Assembly (NCBI GenBank): GCA_048213135.1
Contig: PS015043.1
Coordinates: 102,135-152,157 of the forward strand
DNA length: 50,023 nt
DNA from: Reclinomonas americana ATCC 50394
Lineage: Eukaryota
Reading direction: 5' to 3'
The position numbers and the translations under genes were made by a program. Shown here one piece after another: positions 16,985-27,696 of the stretch. The notes beneath the pieces were generated by a model, which searched no databases, was not told where the DNA came from, and was given only the letters and a program-made list of their open reading frames with translations. Each line of letters opens with the position of its first letter. Positions within the stretch are counted from its first letter, which is position 1.

Positions 16985-17390
16985 AACTTGGTCATCAAGA
17001 CAGCTGTTGCTTGTTTGTTGGTGAATGAATTGTTGTTGTTGCCATTGTGGACATTTGTTCGCCACGAAATCCTAATGAAACCAACAAGCGTATGATTGGC
17101 TTTGCCTCCTCCTACGGGAGGGCGGATGTTGGAGAAGAGGAACTGCATTTTCTGTATGCCATTGGAATGCCAACGTAATCGTCGGCAAGGGATTTGGATC
17201 GATCGCGATTTGTGGACGGAATTCGACAACATTCTCGCTTTTTTTCGTGATGTCTGAGTTTCTGGTGCTCACTGAAGATGGTGATCATCATGCAGCTGTG
17301 TTGCTGTTTGGATTAGTAAAGTTGTTGTTGTTGTTGTAGGACAACAATACATTCAGCAACAAACAAGCAACAGTTGTCGATGACCAAATT
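16985..17390. repeat. Segment bounded by ~50-bp imperfect inverted repeats (MITE-like or duplicated leader)
   Basis: 16985-17035 AACTTGGTCATCAAGACAGCTGTTGCTTGTTTGTTGGTGAATGAATTGTTG is near-identical to the reverse complement of 17341-17390. Confidence 0.65.
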
Positions 17391-17685
17391 CAACCGGTAT
17401 CCAAAATAAACTCAAACACCGGTCTTCAGGCAGCAGGTTTCCTGCAGCTCTCGCGATCGGATCCGGAGCTCCGAACATGTACAAGTCGAGAACTGCGCAT
17501 GCGATCCATCACCACAAGGCTGACGTTGTGTCTCAAGTGCATTTGAATCCGTGACATGAGCTACTTGAAGGTCTGGCAGGCAGCCTCCACCTCGCAGCCA
17601 GCTCTGCGGCAGCCACCGTAGACAACCATCAATGCAATGCAATACCAAAATTTCATCGATATCTTCGCTCATTCACCTTGGCGAG

Positions 17686-18337
17686 ATGGAGGCAGCCTAC
17701 GTGGTGCGCGACACTGGCACTGCTGCCGGACGTGGCATGTTTGCCGCTCGTGACATTGCTGCACACGAGCGCATCTGTCGTTTCCAAGGGTTCGCTCGTT
17801 GCATTGCAAGTTGTCTCGCTCGCCCTCTCACTCTCCCTCACTCTCTCTCACACACAGTCGCCTCATCCACGGCTACGATCAAGTCCCCGACGGCGACAAG
17901 TGCCACGTTCTCTGCATCAACGACGACGACGACTGGGTGATGGATGACGGTCTCTCTCTCACTCACCATCTTCCCCTTTTCCTCCGCTCACTCACCCTCT
18001 CTCCCACACTCGCAGGCGACGCCAAGTTCGCCAACCACGCCTGTACACCAAACTGCTCGCTGGACCACGAGCAGTGGATTGTCGCCGTCAGGCCCATTGT
18101 CGCGGGCGAGGGGATCACCTTTCGCTACAATGAAATCTCCGAAGCCGACGCTGGCAAAGGTTTGACTCTCTTCCCCGTCTCTCTTTTGTTTGCTGTACCG
18201 CAGCCTCACATCTTCTTTCGCCGTCGTCAGACGATTTCTGGGATCCGCGCTGGTCGTTCGAGTGCAAATGCGGCACGGCCGAGTGCACAGGCGTCATGAA
18301 TGGCTATCGCGTGTACGCACAGCCGCTACGACAATGA
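17686..18337 (+). CDS. Small stand-alone SET + post-SET lysine methyltransferase (4 exons)
   Basis: GRGMFAARDI, DAKFANHACTPN, VAVRPIVAGEGITFRY and post-SET FECKCGTAECTG motifs after removing three short GT-AG introns; TGA ends at 18337. Confidence 0.88.
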
Positions 18338-19331
18338 AAGCAACTACTTCTCCTACTGCTGCCGCNNNNNNNNNNNNNNNNNNNNNNNNNNNNNNNNNNN
18401 NNNNNNNNNNNNNNNNNNNNNNNNNNNNNNNNNNNNNNNNNNNNNNNNNNNNNNNNNNNNNNNNNNNNNNNNNNNNNNNNNNNNNNNNNNNNNNNNNNNN
18501 NNNNNNNNNNNNNNNNNNNNNNNNNNNNNNNNNNNNNNNNNNNNNNNNNNNNNNNNNNNNNNNNNNNNNNNNNNNNNNNNNNNNNNNNNNNNNNNNNNNN
18601 NNNNNNNNNNNNNNNNNNNNNNNNNNNNNNNNNNNNNNNNNNNNNNNNNNNNNNNNNNNNNNNNNNNNNNNNNNNNNNNNNNNNNNNNNNNNNNNNNNNN
18701 NNNNNNNNNNNNNNNNNNNNNNNNNNNNNNNNNNNNNNNNNNNNNNNNNNNNNNNNNNNNNNNNNNNNNNNNNNNNNNNNNNNNNNNNNNNNNNNNNNNN
18801 NNNNNNNNNNNNNNNNNNNNNNNNNNNNNNNNNNNNNNNNNNNNNNNNNNNNNNNNNNNNNNNNNNNNNNNNNNNNNNNNNNNNNNNNNNNNNNNNNNNN
18901 NNNNNNNNNNNNNNNNNNNNNNNNNNNNNNNNNNNNNNNNNNNNNNNNNNNNNNNNNNNNNNNNNNNNNNNNNNNNNNNNNNNNNNNNNNNNNNNNNNNN
19001 NNNNNNNNNNNNNNNNNNNNNNNNNNNNNNNNNNNNNNNNNNNNNNNNNNNNNNNNNNNNNNNNNNNNNNNNNNNNNNNNNNNNNNNNNNNNNNNNNNNN
19101 NNNNNNNNNNNNNNNNNNNNNNNNNNNNNNNNNNNNNNNNNNNNNNNNNNNNNNNNNNNNNNNNNNNNNNNNNNNNNNNNNNNNNNNNNNNNNNNNNNNN
19201 NNNNNNNNNNNNNNNNNNNNNNNNNNNNNNNNNNNNNNNNNNNNNNNNNNNNNNNNNNNNNNNNNNNNNNNNNNNNNNNNNNNNNNNNNNNNNNNNNNNN
19301 NNNNNNNNNNNNNNNNNNNNNNNNNNNNCAG

Positions 19332-19475
19332 GCTCGCGACCACGCGTTCCGCTCGATCAAGACCATTGCCGAGTGCTTGGCTGACGAGCTGCTCAACGCG
19401 GCCAAGGGTTCGTCGAACTCGTGGGCCATCAAGAAGAAGGACGAGCTGGAGCGCGTCGCCAAGGGCAACCGTTAA
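19332..19475 (+). CDS. RPS5: Last exon of 40S ribosomal protein S5 (uS7), on an apparently inverted contig
   Basis: cag|[47 protein letters not shown] is the conserved uS7 C-terminus. Confidence 0.95.
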   Translation, partial: ARDHAFRSIKTIAECLADELLNAAKGSSNSWAIKKKDELERVAKGNR

Positions 19476-19885
19476 TCACCTCACCCCCACACGAAAGTTG
19501 TTGTTTTTCGTGCTCTGTCATTTGGTTCTTCTCTCTGTCCTTGTGTGTGTGTTTCTCGCGCAGGGAGAGGTGGGGAGGGGCTGGGTGGCAGGGCGCGTAA
19601 TGTCGCTCTCTCGCTTACTTGTTTGTGTTTCCTCGCGCGCGTGCTTTTCATGTTTCTCTCTCTCCCTATCTTGTCGAGGTACCACGAAAGACTTTGAATG
19701 GACTTGTCGACTCCACAGTGCACCTCGANNNNNNNNNNNNNNNNNNNNNNNNNNNNNNNNNNNNNNNNNNNNNNNNNNNNNNNNNNNNNNNNNNNNNNNN
19801 NNNNNNNNNNNNCACACACAATCGCAAAGAATTCATCAGCCATCTGCCACACGTATGCGGATGAGGGGAGGGGAAAGAGACGCAC

Positions 19886-20811
19886 TCCGGTGGTCAACAG
19901 GTGGATGGCCGTGTTCACGCGGCGCATGGGCGACACGTCGACAGCCTGGCGCCTGACCTGTGTTGCCACAACAACAAGAAGCGTCAGTGCATCTGTCGCG
20001 AGCGCATGCATGGTGGGATTCGAGTGAGCCGCGAGTACTACGCACCACACCAGCCGAGCCAATGCGGGTCGAATCTTCGCGAGCGCCAGAGTTGGCGACG
20101 GCGTCGACGAGCACCTGCAACAACAACAACATTATGATTATCGAGCGCTGACCATCATAGGAATTCGTTCTCGTGCTCTTCTTACCTGGAGCGGGTTGGC
20201 ACCATCGCTCAACAAGTGGATGATCTCGAACGCGTGCCTCACAATGCGCATCGCCATGACCTTCTTGCCGTTGTTGCGGCCCTTGCGCATGATGCTGTTC
20301 GCCCACATCAACAATCAGTCAGCTCTCAGTGTGTTTCCCTTCTCTCTCTCTTCTCTCTGCGCGCACCTGTTGACGAGGCGCTCGACAATCGGGCACTGGG
20401 TCTTGCGGAAAGCCTTCAGGTTCCAGCGGCCAGCAGAGTGCGGCACGTACACCTTCTTGCGCGTTTGGATGTGGTCGGTCAAGGACATATCCTTCACCTC
20501 CAGCTGGTCGAACGACCTGTGTTCACACACACACACGTCAGGCATGAGCATAACACACCCACACACACACACAGAACAAGCTGTCCATCTGCTTCTGTGT
20601 GTGCGAGTGTCTGTCGTCGCTGGACCGCGCCATGCACATGTGCACCACCCACCCCCACTCACTCACGCTCTCTCTCCACGCACAGCGTGCCTCCAATCTA
20701 CTGTCGCACTCCAGTGCACCCAGCGTGTGCGTACGTGTGATTGTGTGCTGTGTGTGTGTGTGAGAGAGAGAGAAAGACTCACCACTTGCCAAAGAGCTTG
20801 ATCTCAGCCAT
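19886..20811 (-). CDS. RPS5: 40S ribosomal protein S5 (uS7), exons 1-5
   Basis: [26 protein letters not shown]...[26 protein letters not shown]...[52 protein letters not shown]. Confidence 0.97.
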
Positions 20812-21379
20812 TGTTTCTTGATCCCCGCGAGAGGTTTTGTCTGCACACACAAGATGGCATCCTCGTGAGCAACATGCGGCAGTCACACATGGCGTGTGGT
20901 GCGCAGAGAGAAGGGGGCGTGATGTCGGCCTACATGTGCGACATGCGACATCTTCACCACCACATTCTGCCTGTCGCCTGCGCCATGACGAATATCACTG
21001 GTGCCACACCCTGTCTGTGTATAGATCTCTCTCGTGCACACCAATCTCACTGCTGGGGTGACTGCCGTGGGGCGACTGCCACTCACCGATGCAGTGCGAT
21101 AGTGTGAGGGGACANNNNNNNNNNNNNNNNNNNNNNNNNNNNNNNNNNNNNNNNNNNNNNNNNNNNNNNNNNNNNNNNNNNNNNNNNNNNNNCGCAGGAC
21201 CAATGTCGACGCTTCGAATGAAGAGGTGTGCAGGCCAGCAGCAGGTGGTCTCTCACACCGTCCACCGCTCAGTCTGCAGCAAGAGCGTTAACAGAAGAAG
21301 AGGAAGAAGACAACAGCGAAGACAACACTGCACCTCGAACACGCGTTCAATCTTCTCCGACAACTGCGCATACGCCGGC

Positions 21380-21898
21380 ACGTCACATCGGCAAACGAGG
21401 TGTCGAGTCCAGCAGCTTGCGAGCGTTCCACGGCGCGGATGACCGTGTACGCCTCATCGATCGCTGCGTACAACAAACAAAATGAGACTTGTGAGAGAGA
21501 TCGCAATCAAGGGAGAAGCGATCGCTCACCTCGCGCCTCTTCGATCGCCGACGGAAGGAATCGAGTGGCGAATGTCCACGGCGCCAGTGCATCGATCCTG
21601 CATGCACGCGAGTGCCGGTGAGGAGCGAAGACAACAAGTGGCAGTGGTGTTATTCTTGCATGCACGCAAACCAATGCTCGGGATCGAAATGTGGCGAGTA
21701 CGCGAGCCGGCCAGGCGAACGGATTGATGGAGGAGTCAGGCTTTGCGGATGACATGATGCTTTGCTCATGCGTGTGAAACTCGCCAAACCGTAACCCCCT
21801 TGACTTGGCGTTCAATTCGAAGGTCGCCAAGGAGACACTGCGTGCTGGCATAATAACAGGCAAGTATCCGCTGTCGCGGCCATAGTCATTCACTGCAC
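21380..21898 (-). CDS. Possible spliced exons of unknown product directly downstream of the REase-kinase gene
   Basis: Three segments bounded by AG/GT join in frame: GAVNDYGRDSGYLPVIM...GEFHTHEQSIMSSAKPDSSINP|IDALAPWTFATRFLPSAIEEAR|AIDEAYTVIRAVERSQ. No start or stop defined. Confidence 0.35.
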
Positions 21899-21929
21899 CT
21901 GTTGCTGACTATCCACAACAGCGAATGAA

Positions 21930-24900
21930 CTATTTTGCCAGTGCCCGCCGAGCCTGCGACCGTGTAATCACCGTCGACACTGACCGCTGCGAACTCTGCG
22001 GCGAGATGTGAACCATCCCCGACGCCGAGAACACTCGTCGCTCCAACACCTCCGCGCACGTCGGACGCCGATCCACGTCCACTACCAGCATCACTTCCAA
22101 CACTCTGGCAACGCCGCCTCCGTGCCACTTGGCCACATCCTGCAGCAGCTGACCGACGGCATCGATCACTTGCTGCCGCTGCTGTCGCCGGCTGCCGCTG
22201 AGCTCCACGCCGCGCAGACCGTGATGCCACCGTTGCAGTTGCGGTACCATGCGACACAGCCACACAGCCAGCGTAATTCCGAGACCCCACGTGTCCACTC
22301 GCTCGTCGCCCTCATCCGTCAGCTGGATCTCCGGTGCCTGCACATTCACGTTCACAGTGCAAAACACGCGCAGTGCGTAAACGTATGAGGTTGTGTGTTG
22401 CTGCAGCAAGCTTCGGAGCAGTCGCGCTCTCACCGTGTAGCCGGCGGTCCCGGTTTGTCGCACTGGCATGCGCTGCAGTTGCTTACCGCCGCCTCCACAC
22501 ATGTGCCGTGCGTGGTCAAAGTCGATCAGCACCGCCCGACCGTCGTTCGGGTCCAGCATCACATTCGACGGCTTCACATCGCAGTGCGCGTAGCCCGCTG
22601 CATGCAACGCCGCCAGCGCCACACACACGTCGCCGGCTCGTGTCACAGCCTCCTCCACCGACGATGGCTCACCGGCTGGTGCCAGTTGAGGCATCTCGAA
22701 CTGGTAAGTGCCGCGGGTGCGGTCGATCGAATACGACAGCACTGGCACGGTGCGCGGCAAGTGTTTCTGGCACGCAATATGTGTGAGACACGAAGGCTGC
22801 TACGGGAATCAGCACACACGCGTCGAGCATCAGCACACACCTGCAGAATCGCAATCTCCGTGGGCACATGCGTCCTTCCTCCACCATCGTGCACCACATC
22901 GGCTCCATGAACGCGCTTGGTCATGGTTTGTTGGCCGCCGGGTCCAGAAGTTGGCCGAACTTCCGAGCGCCGGCCGCCACCGCCCTCACCCGAATCTGCA
23001 CCTGAGGTCTTCTTGGAAGTGCTGCTCGGCTACACGTGCTTCATCGGATGGTGAGTACACAACAAGTCAAAGCTACTACTCTAAACAACGCACATACCTT
23101 GGGTTTCGACAGCAAGTTGACTAACGCATCGACCGCGGGGGCGCGTATCGGCATCACTCGCCCTCGCTTTCGGGTTGCTTCAAAAAGCGCGAGAAGGACG
23201 ACACGCACAGCTCGCCAGTCCAGAAACGGACATAAAGAGAAGTCGTCCAGCACATTGTAGTGGAAAATGATTGTCTCCTGCCCCCCCGACCAGCGGGTAA
23301 GAATCGAATACATCGGCACCAAAGGATGTCTGTAACACACCTCATCATTTGCAGTGTGCCCCATGGTGGCGCGCATCCGCATGATGGTGACACTGTCGCC
23401 CACTTGATGCCATCCGTACATGCGGTGCTGCGGCAACTGTTCCGAGTTTTCGAGACGTTGTACAGTTTTGCGCAAGGCACACGCCATCTGCAACAGCAGG
23501 ACAAACATGTCCATCTGTTGCTTACTTGACTCGGCGGCCGCAGGCTTCAGTTCAGCAAGCAGTAGCGACGACTTCGTGTCAGCAAAACAAATGTCGAAGT
23601 TGGGCTTCGGGCACGTGCGATCGAAAGGAAAGGTGCCACTCTCCGCGTTCGCGCGCACAAGCAGTCTTGCAGACTTACACTGTGAAATTGTTGTAATTGT
23701 GAGCAACGAGCGCGACGCCGGTCAAGAGGGTCACCGTCCACTCACCCCGAGTTCCACGAGACTGTAGATGGAGCTGAATGTGGCCGTTTGCAATACTGCT
23801 TCGCAGCTGGACTGGAGCGTTTCCAATCGATTACACTGCGACACGCCTAGTTGGCACCACAGCCTGAATCGCTCCAGCTTGAGAACTGGTTCGATTGGCC
23901 ACTTAGCTCGTGAGCGTAGTCCAGCCGACGGCTGCTGGGTTCGTATCTGGTTGGCCAAATCCCTGTTGCAGCACACAGACGCCGTTAAACAACAACTTTT
24001 GTTCCTAGTTCTTTGTTACGCATCAAGATTGGCGCAGCGCACAATCGGCTACTGATGCAGCTGATGTCACTCGGATCGAACTCGTGACTTGCCTCAGCAC
24101 TGCGCATGCACGAATGTATTCACACACATACACACACGTTAGAAGTACGTCAGCACGCGACTCCGGAAAAAAGACAACGGCAAACAACAGTAGCACAACT
24201 TGTTGCCGAAAGCACGGCGATATGGCTCCAGCTCCTCAGCTGCATCAATCAACCACTGTCCGTCCGTGGAGAACGGAGTCGGGTCGTACACAATGCCGCC
24301 AGCAATCAAATTCTCCTGCACATTCTCTGGCAGAAGCCCAAGAAGAGCTGCATTTGCTTGGCCAATCAACGCCGCAGGATCTGCGTCTGAAGTGCTTCAG
24401 GTTGTTCACTGCGGCAAGAATGCCGCACACACCGGCAAAGAAAGGCAATGCGCACCTTCAGCGTACTGAGCACGATCGGGGAAGTTGAGTTCCTCGGCCG
24501 GCAGTGGCACGTAGCTGTCACGCTTTCTCGATGAACCTAATAGACTTGATGTATGTGATTCATTAATGGTGGGCGAATGTACAAGACGAGCTTACCGCCG
24601 ACAGAGCTTGAGCGTACTCCACCACCTACACAGACAAACAGAAGAGCGCATGAGCCAGCAATCACGTCACACACACACAAGGACGCGCACACCACTCGCA
24701 CACAAGCAGATTACACAACCAAAGGGGAGATACACACAGACACAGACAGGGAGAGGGAGAACGTGTGCGCGAGAGAGAAAGAGTGCGAGAGAGGGAGAAA
24801 GAAAGAAAGACAGCGAAAGAGCGAGAAAGAGACCTCCTCCTATATTCTGGCGCTTTCTTGCAGGTGCGCCAGCATCCTCCTCCTCCTCCTCGTCGTCCTC

Positions 24901-24996
24901 CTCCTCCTCCTCCTCAGGTGCATCACTAGCGCTTGCGCCACCAAGACGCACGGACTGGCCAGATGATTCGCGCGATCGCTTTCCGCCCGTCGACAT
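21930..24996 (-). CDS. Crinkler/RHS (CR)-like protein: acidic N-terminus + PD-(D/E)xK REase domain + C-terminal protein kinase
   Basis: About 10 exons join in frame from MSTGGKRSRE. REase-like KPNFDICF...LLLAELKP...QMDMFVLLLQM...MYGWHQVGDSVTIMRM. Kinase motifs TEIAILQ, YAHCDVKPSNVML, VLIDFD, TGTAGYT|APE, DTWGLGITL, RRPTCAEVL. Confidence 0.8.
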
Positions 24997-25362
24997 TGTG
25001 ATCAAAGGGTGCAGTGTGCGCTGCGAGGGTTTCCAAATTGCGCGTCGCGAGTATCGTTGAGCATTGAAGCGCCGCACTGGCATTACTTGGACAACCCACA
25101 TGTGCATCACATGTACAGCATCTGCATGCGTTGCTTCCTCCCTTTCAGCCTTCACGTCTCGCGCAGTGGTGCGCATGCAATTGTCAAAATTGCGCGACGT
25201 TGCGACGCCGCTGCCGCTTTCCTCGCCAGCGTCTTCGGTTCTTCACCAACCCTGGCAGCACCTTGGAGCGCGTGCTCTCAGCACGCGGCAGCTTCCCTCG
25301 ATATCGATGATGAGTCACCGTATTCCGATTCCGTTTCCCCCCGCGCGCGCGAGCGTGAGAAC

Positions 25363-27658
25363 ATGGAAACTGACGCGGGCGTGGCAGCGGTGCCCGCCGT
25401 GGTGCTAACAACAGAGGACACCGACACCTCTGCCAATGGCAGCCAGAGTCGGCCGCTGAGTGAGCGTCGTCCGGAGAGCATTCGTGTGAGATCGGCGCGA
25501 GGAGGAGGAGGCGCCGAAGATGATCCCGATCGCGAGCAAGATGAAGACCCGAAGAAGCATGCGCAGCTGCCGGAGGAGGCTGGGGAGGAGGACGTGTTGG
25601 AGCACTTTGATGTGGCACTGAGCGACGTGCACATGCTCTCGCAAGGCGATGTGGTGCTCTTGCCGATTCATCAGGTGAGCGGAAAGATGAGATGGCTTCT
25701 TATTTGCCGTGTGCGTGTGTGTGCGTGTGTGCTGACTCGTGCCCTCGCAGCTGGTACGTGACGAGTGTAAGTGTGTGCGTGTGTGTGCGTCTGTCTCTCA
25801 CGCTGTGCCATGAAATGAACGCGATCGTACGCAGATCTTTGGCGCTGGAGTTGCGATCATCGATCCGTCGCTCTCCTTTGTGAATGCGTACTCACTCTGC
25901 TGTGGTGCACGCAGTGGGATGTTGACGGCGATGTCGATCTCGACGCCAGTGCCTGCACCGTTGCGTGGAACACACCACACCATGTGCATTCGTGTGGCTG
26001 CTGACTTCGGGAATACACACGCACACACACAGTTGACGAAAGAGGGCGATGTGGTGGAGACCATGTTGCGTGCATCGCCTGCCTATGTCAGTCACCCTGT
26101 TAGTTGCTGACCTTCTATGCTATGTGATCAGCTGGTTTCGGCAACTCAAGAGCGTCGTCGGCGCGCTGATTCATGTTGCGTACGTCTGGGGCACACGAAT
26201 ACTATTTCCCAACATGTTCTGACTTTTGACGATCCTCCAGACTGGCGACAATCGAACAGGCGAGTGGCCGGGCATCGTTATACAGTACATGCAGCTCACA
26301 GCTCATCGCGTGCCTTGACACAGGTGACGGCGAAGGCGACGATGAGCAGATCTTGGTGTGTGCTGCTCAAATCGATTTGCATCGTCTCCTACATCGATAC
26401 TCACTCGCTTCGCGCAGATTGATCTTGACAAGGTTTCTCTCTCTGCGTGCTCACGCTCATCAGTAGTTCCACGCACCAACCACCACCATGCAGATGCAAC
26501 CCGAGGTGCACGCGTGTCTGTTTGTGCTGAACAGGTGCGTTTCTGTAAGCAATCGAGTACGAAAGGAGACGCACTTGGCTGAACCTCGTTTCTCCCCGCA
26601 GCTTCGAGGGCATCTCGTTTGAAAAGGTGCGTTGCACTGCTTCACGATGTACCTCGTACCTATGTTACCCATGCACGCACAACAGATCGACTCGGCGTAC
26701 GTGCGCCTGTGCGATCGTGTCGACGAGAGGGAGATTTTCCGACTGGACGGTGCGTTCACGACGATTGCAAAGGTAGCGGGCGAATGCAAGCACTCACTCA
26801 TCAGCTGACATGCCCCACAGTGAGAGGATCGGGTGCCTACACTGGCGTGCTGTTGTTCAAGGTCTGCGTCTCTCACTCTCTTCAGAGAATTATGTCTTCC
26901 ACTCTCAACTTCTCCTCCCACACAGATCTATCGCGACGACGCACAACCCAACAAGTGGCTCCTGAATGTCGCTCAAGATCCTGCACCCGGTTCAACGTTG
27001 CGTGTGTGTCCTCTTCCCTTCTCTCGCAGCATCTGCTCACGCAATGCACACAGACTGCAAGAACTCGTTCCGAGACTAGCGGTGAGTTGTCTGTCTGCCC
27101 AGTCGTGTGAATCTTCTCTCACAATCGCTTGACCACTTGCTTGTTTCGCACAGCATGTTGTGAAAGAGGACTTTCCCGGAGGCAGACCATGCACGTTTCG
27201 TACCTCGATCGCAGTCGGTGCTCATCCACCCCTCACCGCTGTGCATAAAACCACAGGCCACTGATTTTGAGCCACGGACTCAAGTCGGTGCAGGTCCGCC
27301 TCATCTGCTACCTCTGCATCATCGCGAAGCACGTAAGTGGACTGACCTCGTTCTTCACAGGTGTTGCAAGACAGCATGTCGTATGCGTACCACACGCTCG
27401 ACTTGAAGGTGTGACTTGGGGAAGGGAAAAGAAAGGCAATGTGCAGATTTTCGTTCTTGCGGTTGCTGTCACTGGCGTTCTCCAGTTTTTGTTACTGTTG
27501 TTCCTGGTGTTGTTGCCGTTGCCTCCTTCGGCTTCCTCGTCTTGTTCTTCTTCTTCTTCTTCTTCTTCTTTTTCTTCTTCTTCTTCTTCTTCTTGTTGTT
27601 GTTGTTGTCGTTGTTGTTGCTGCTGCTGTTGCTGCTGTTGCTGTGTTGCTATTATTGT

Positions 27659-27696
<38 letters not shown>

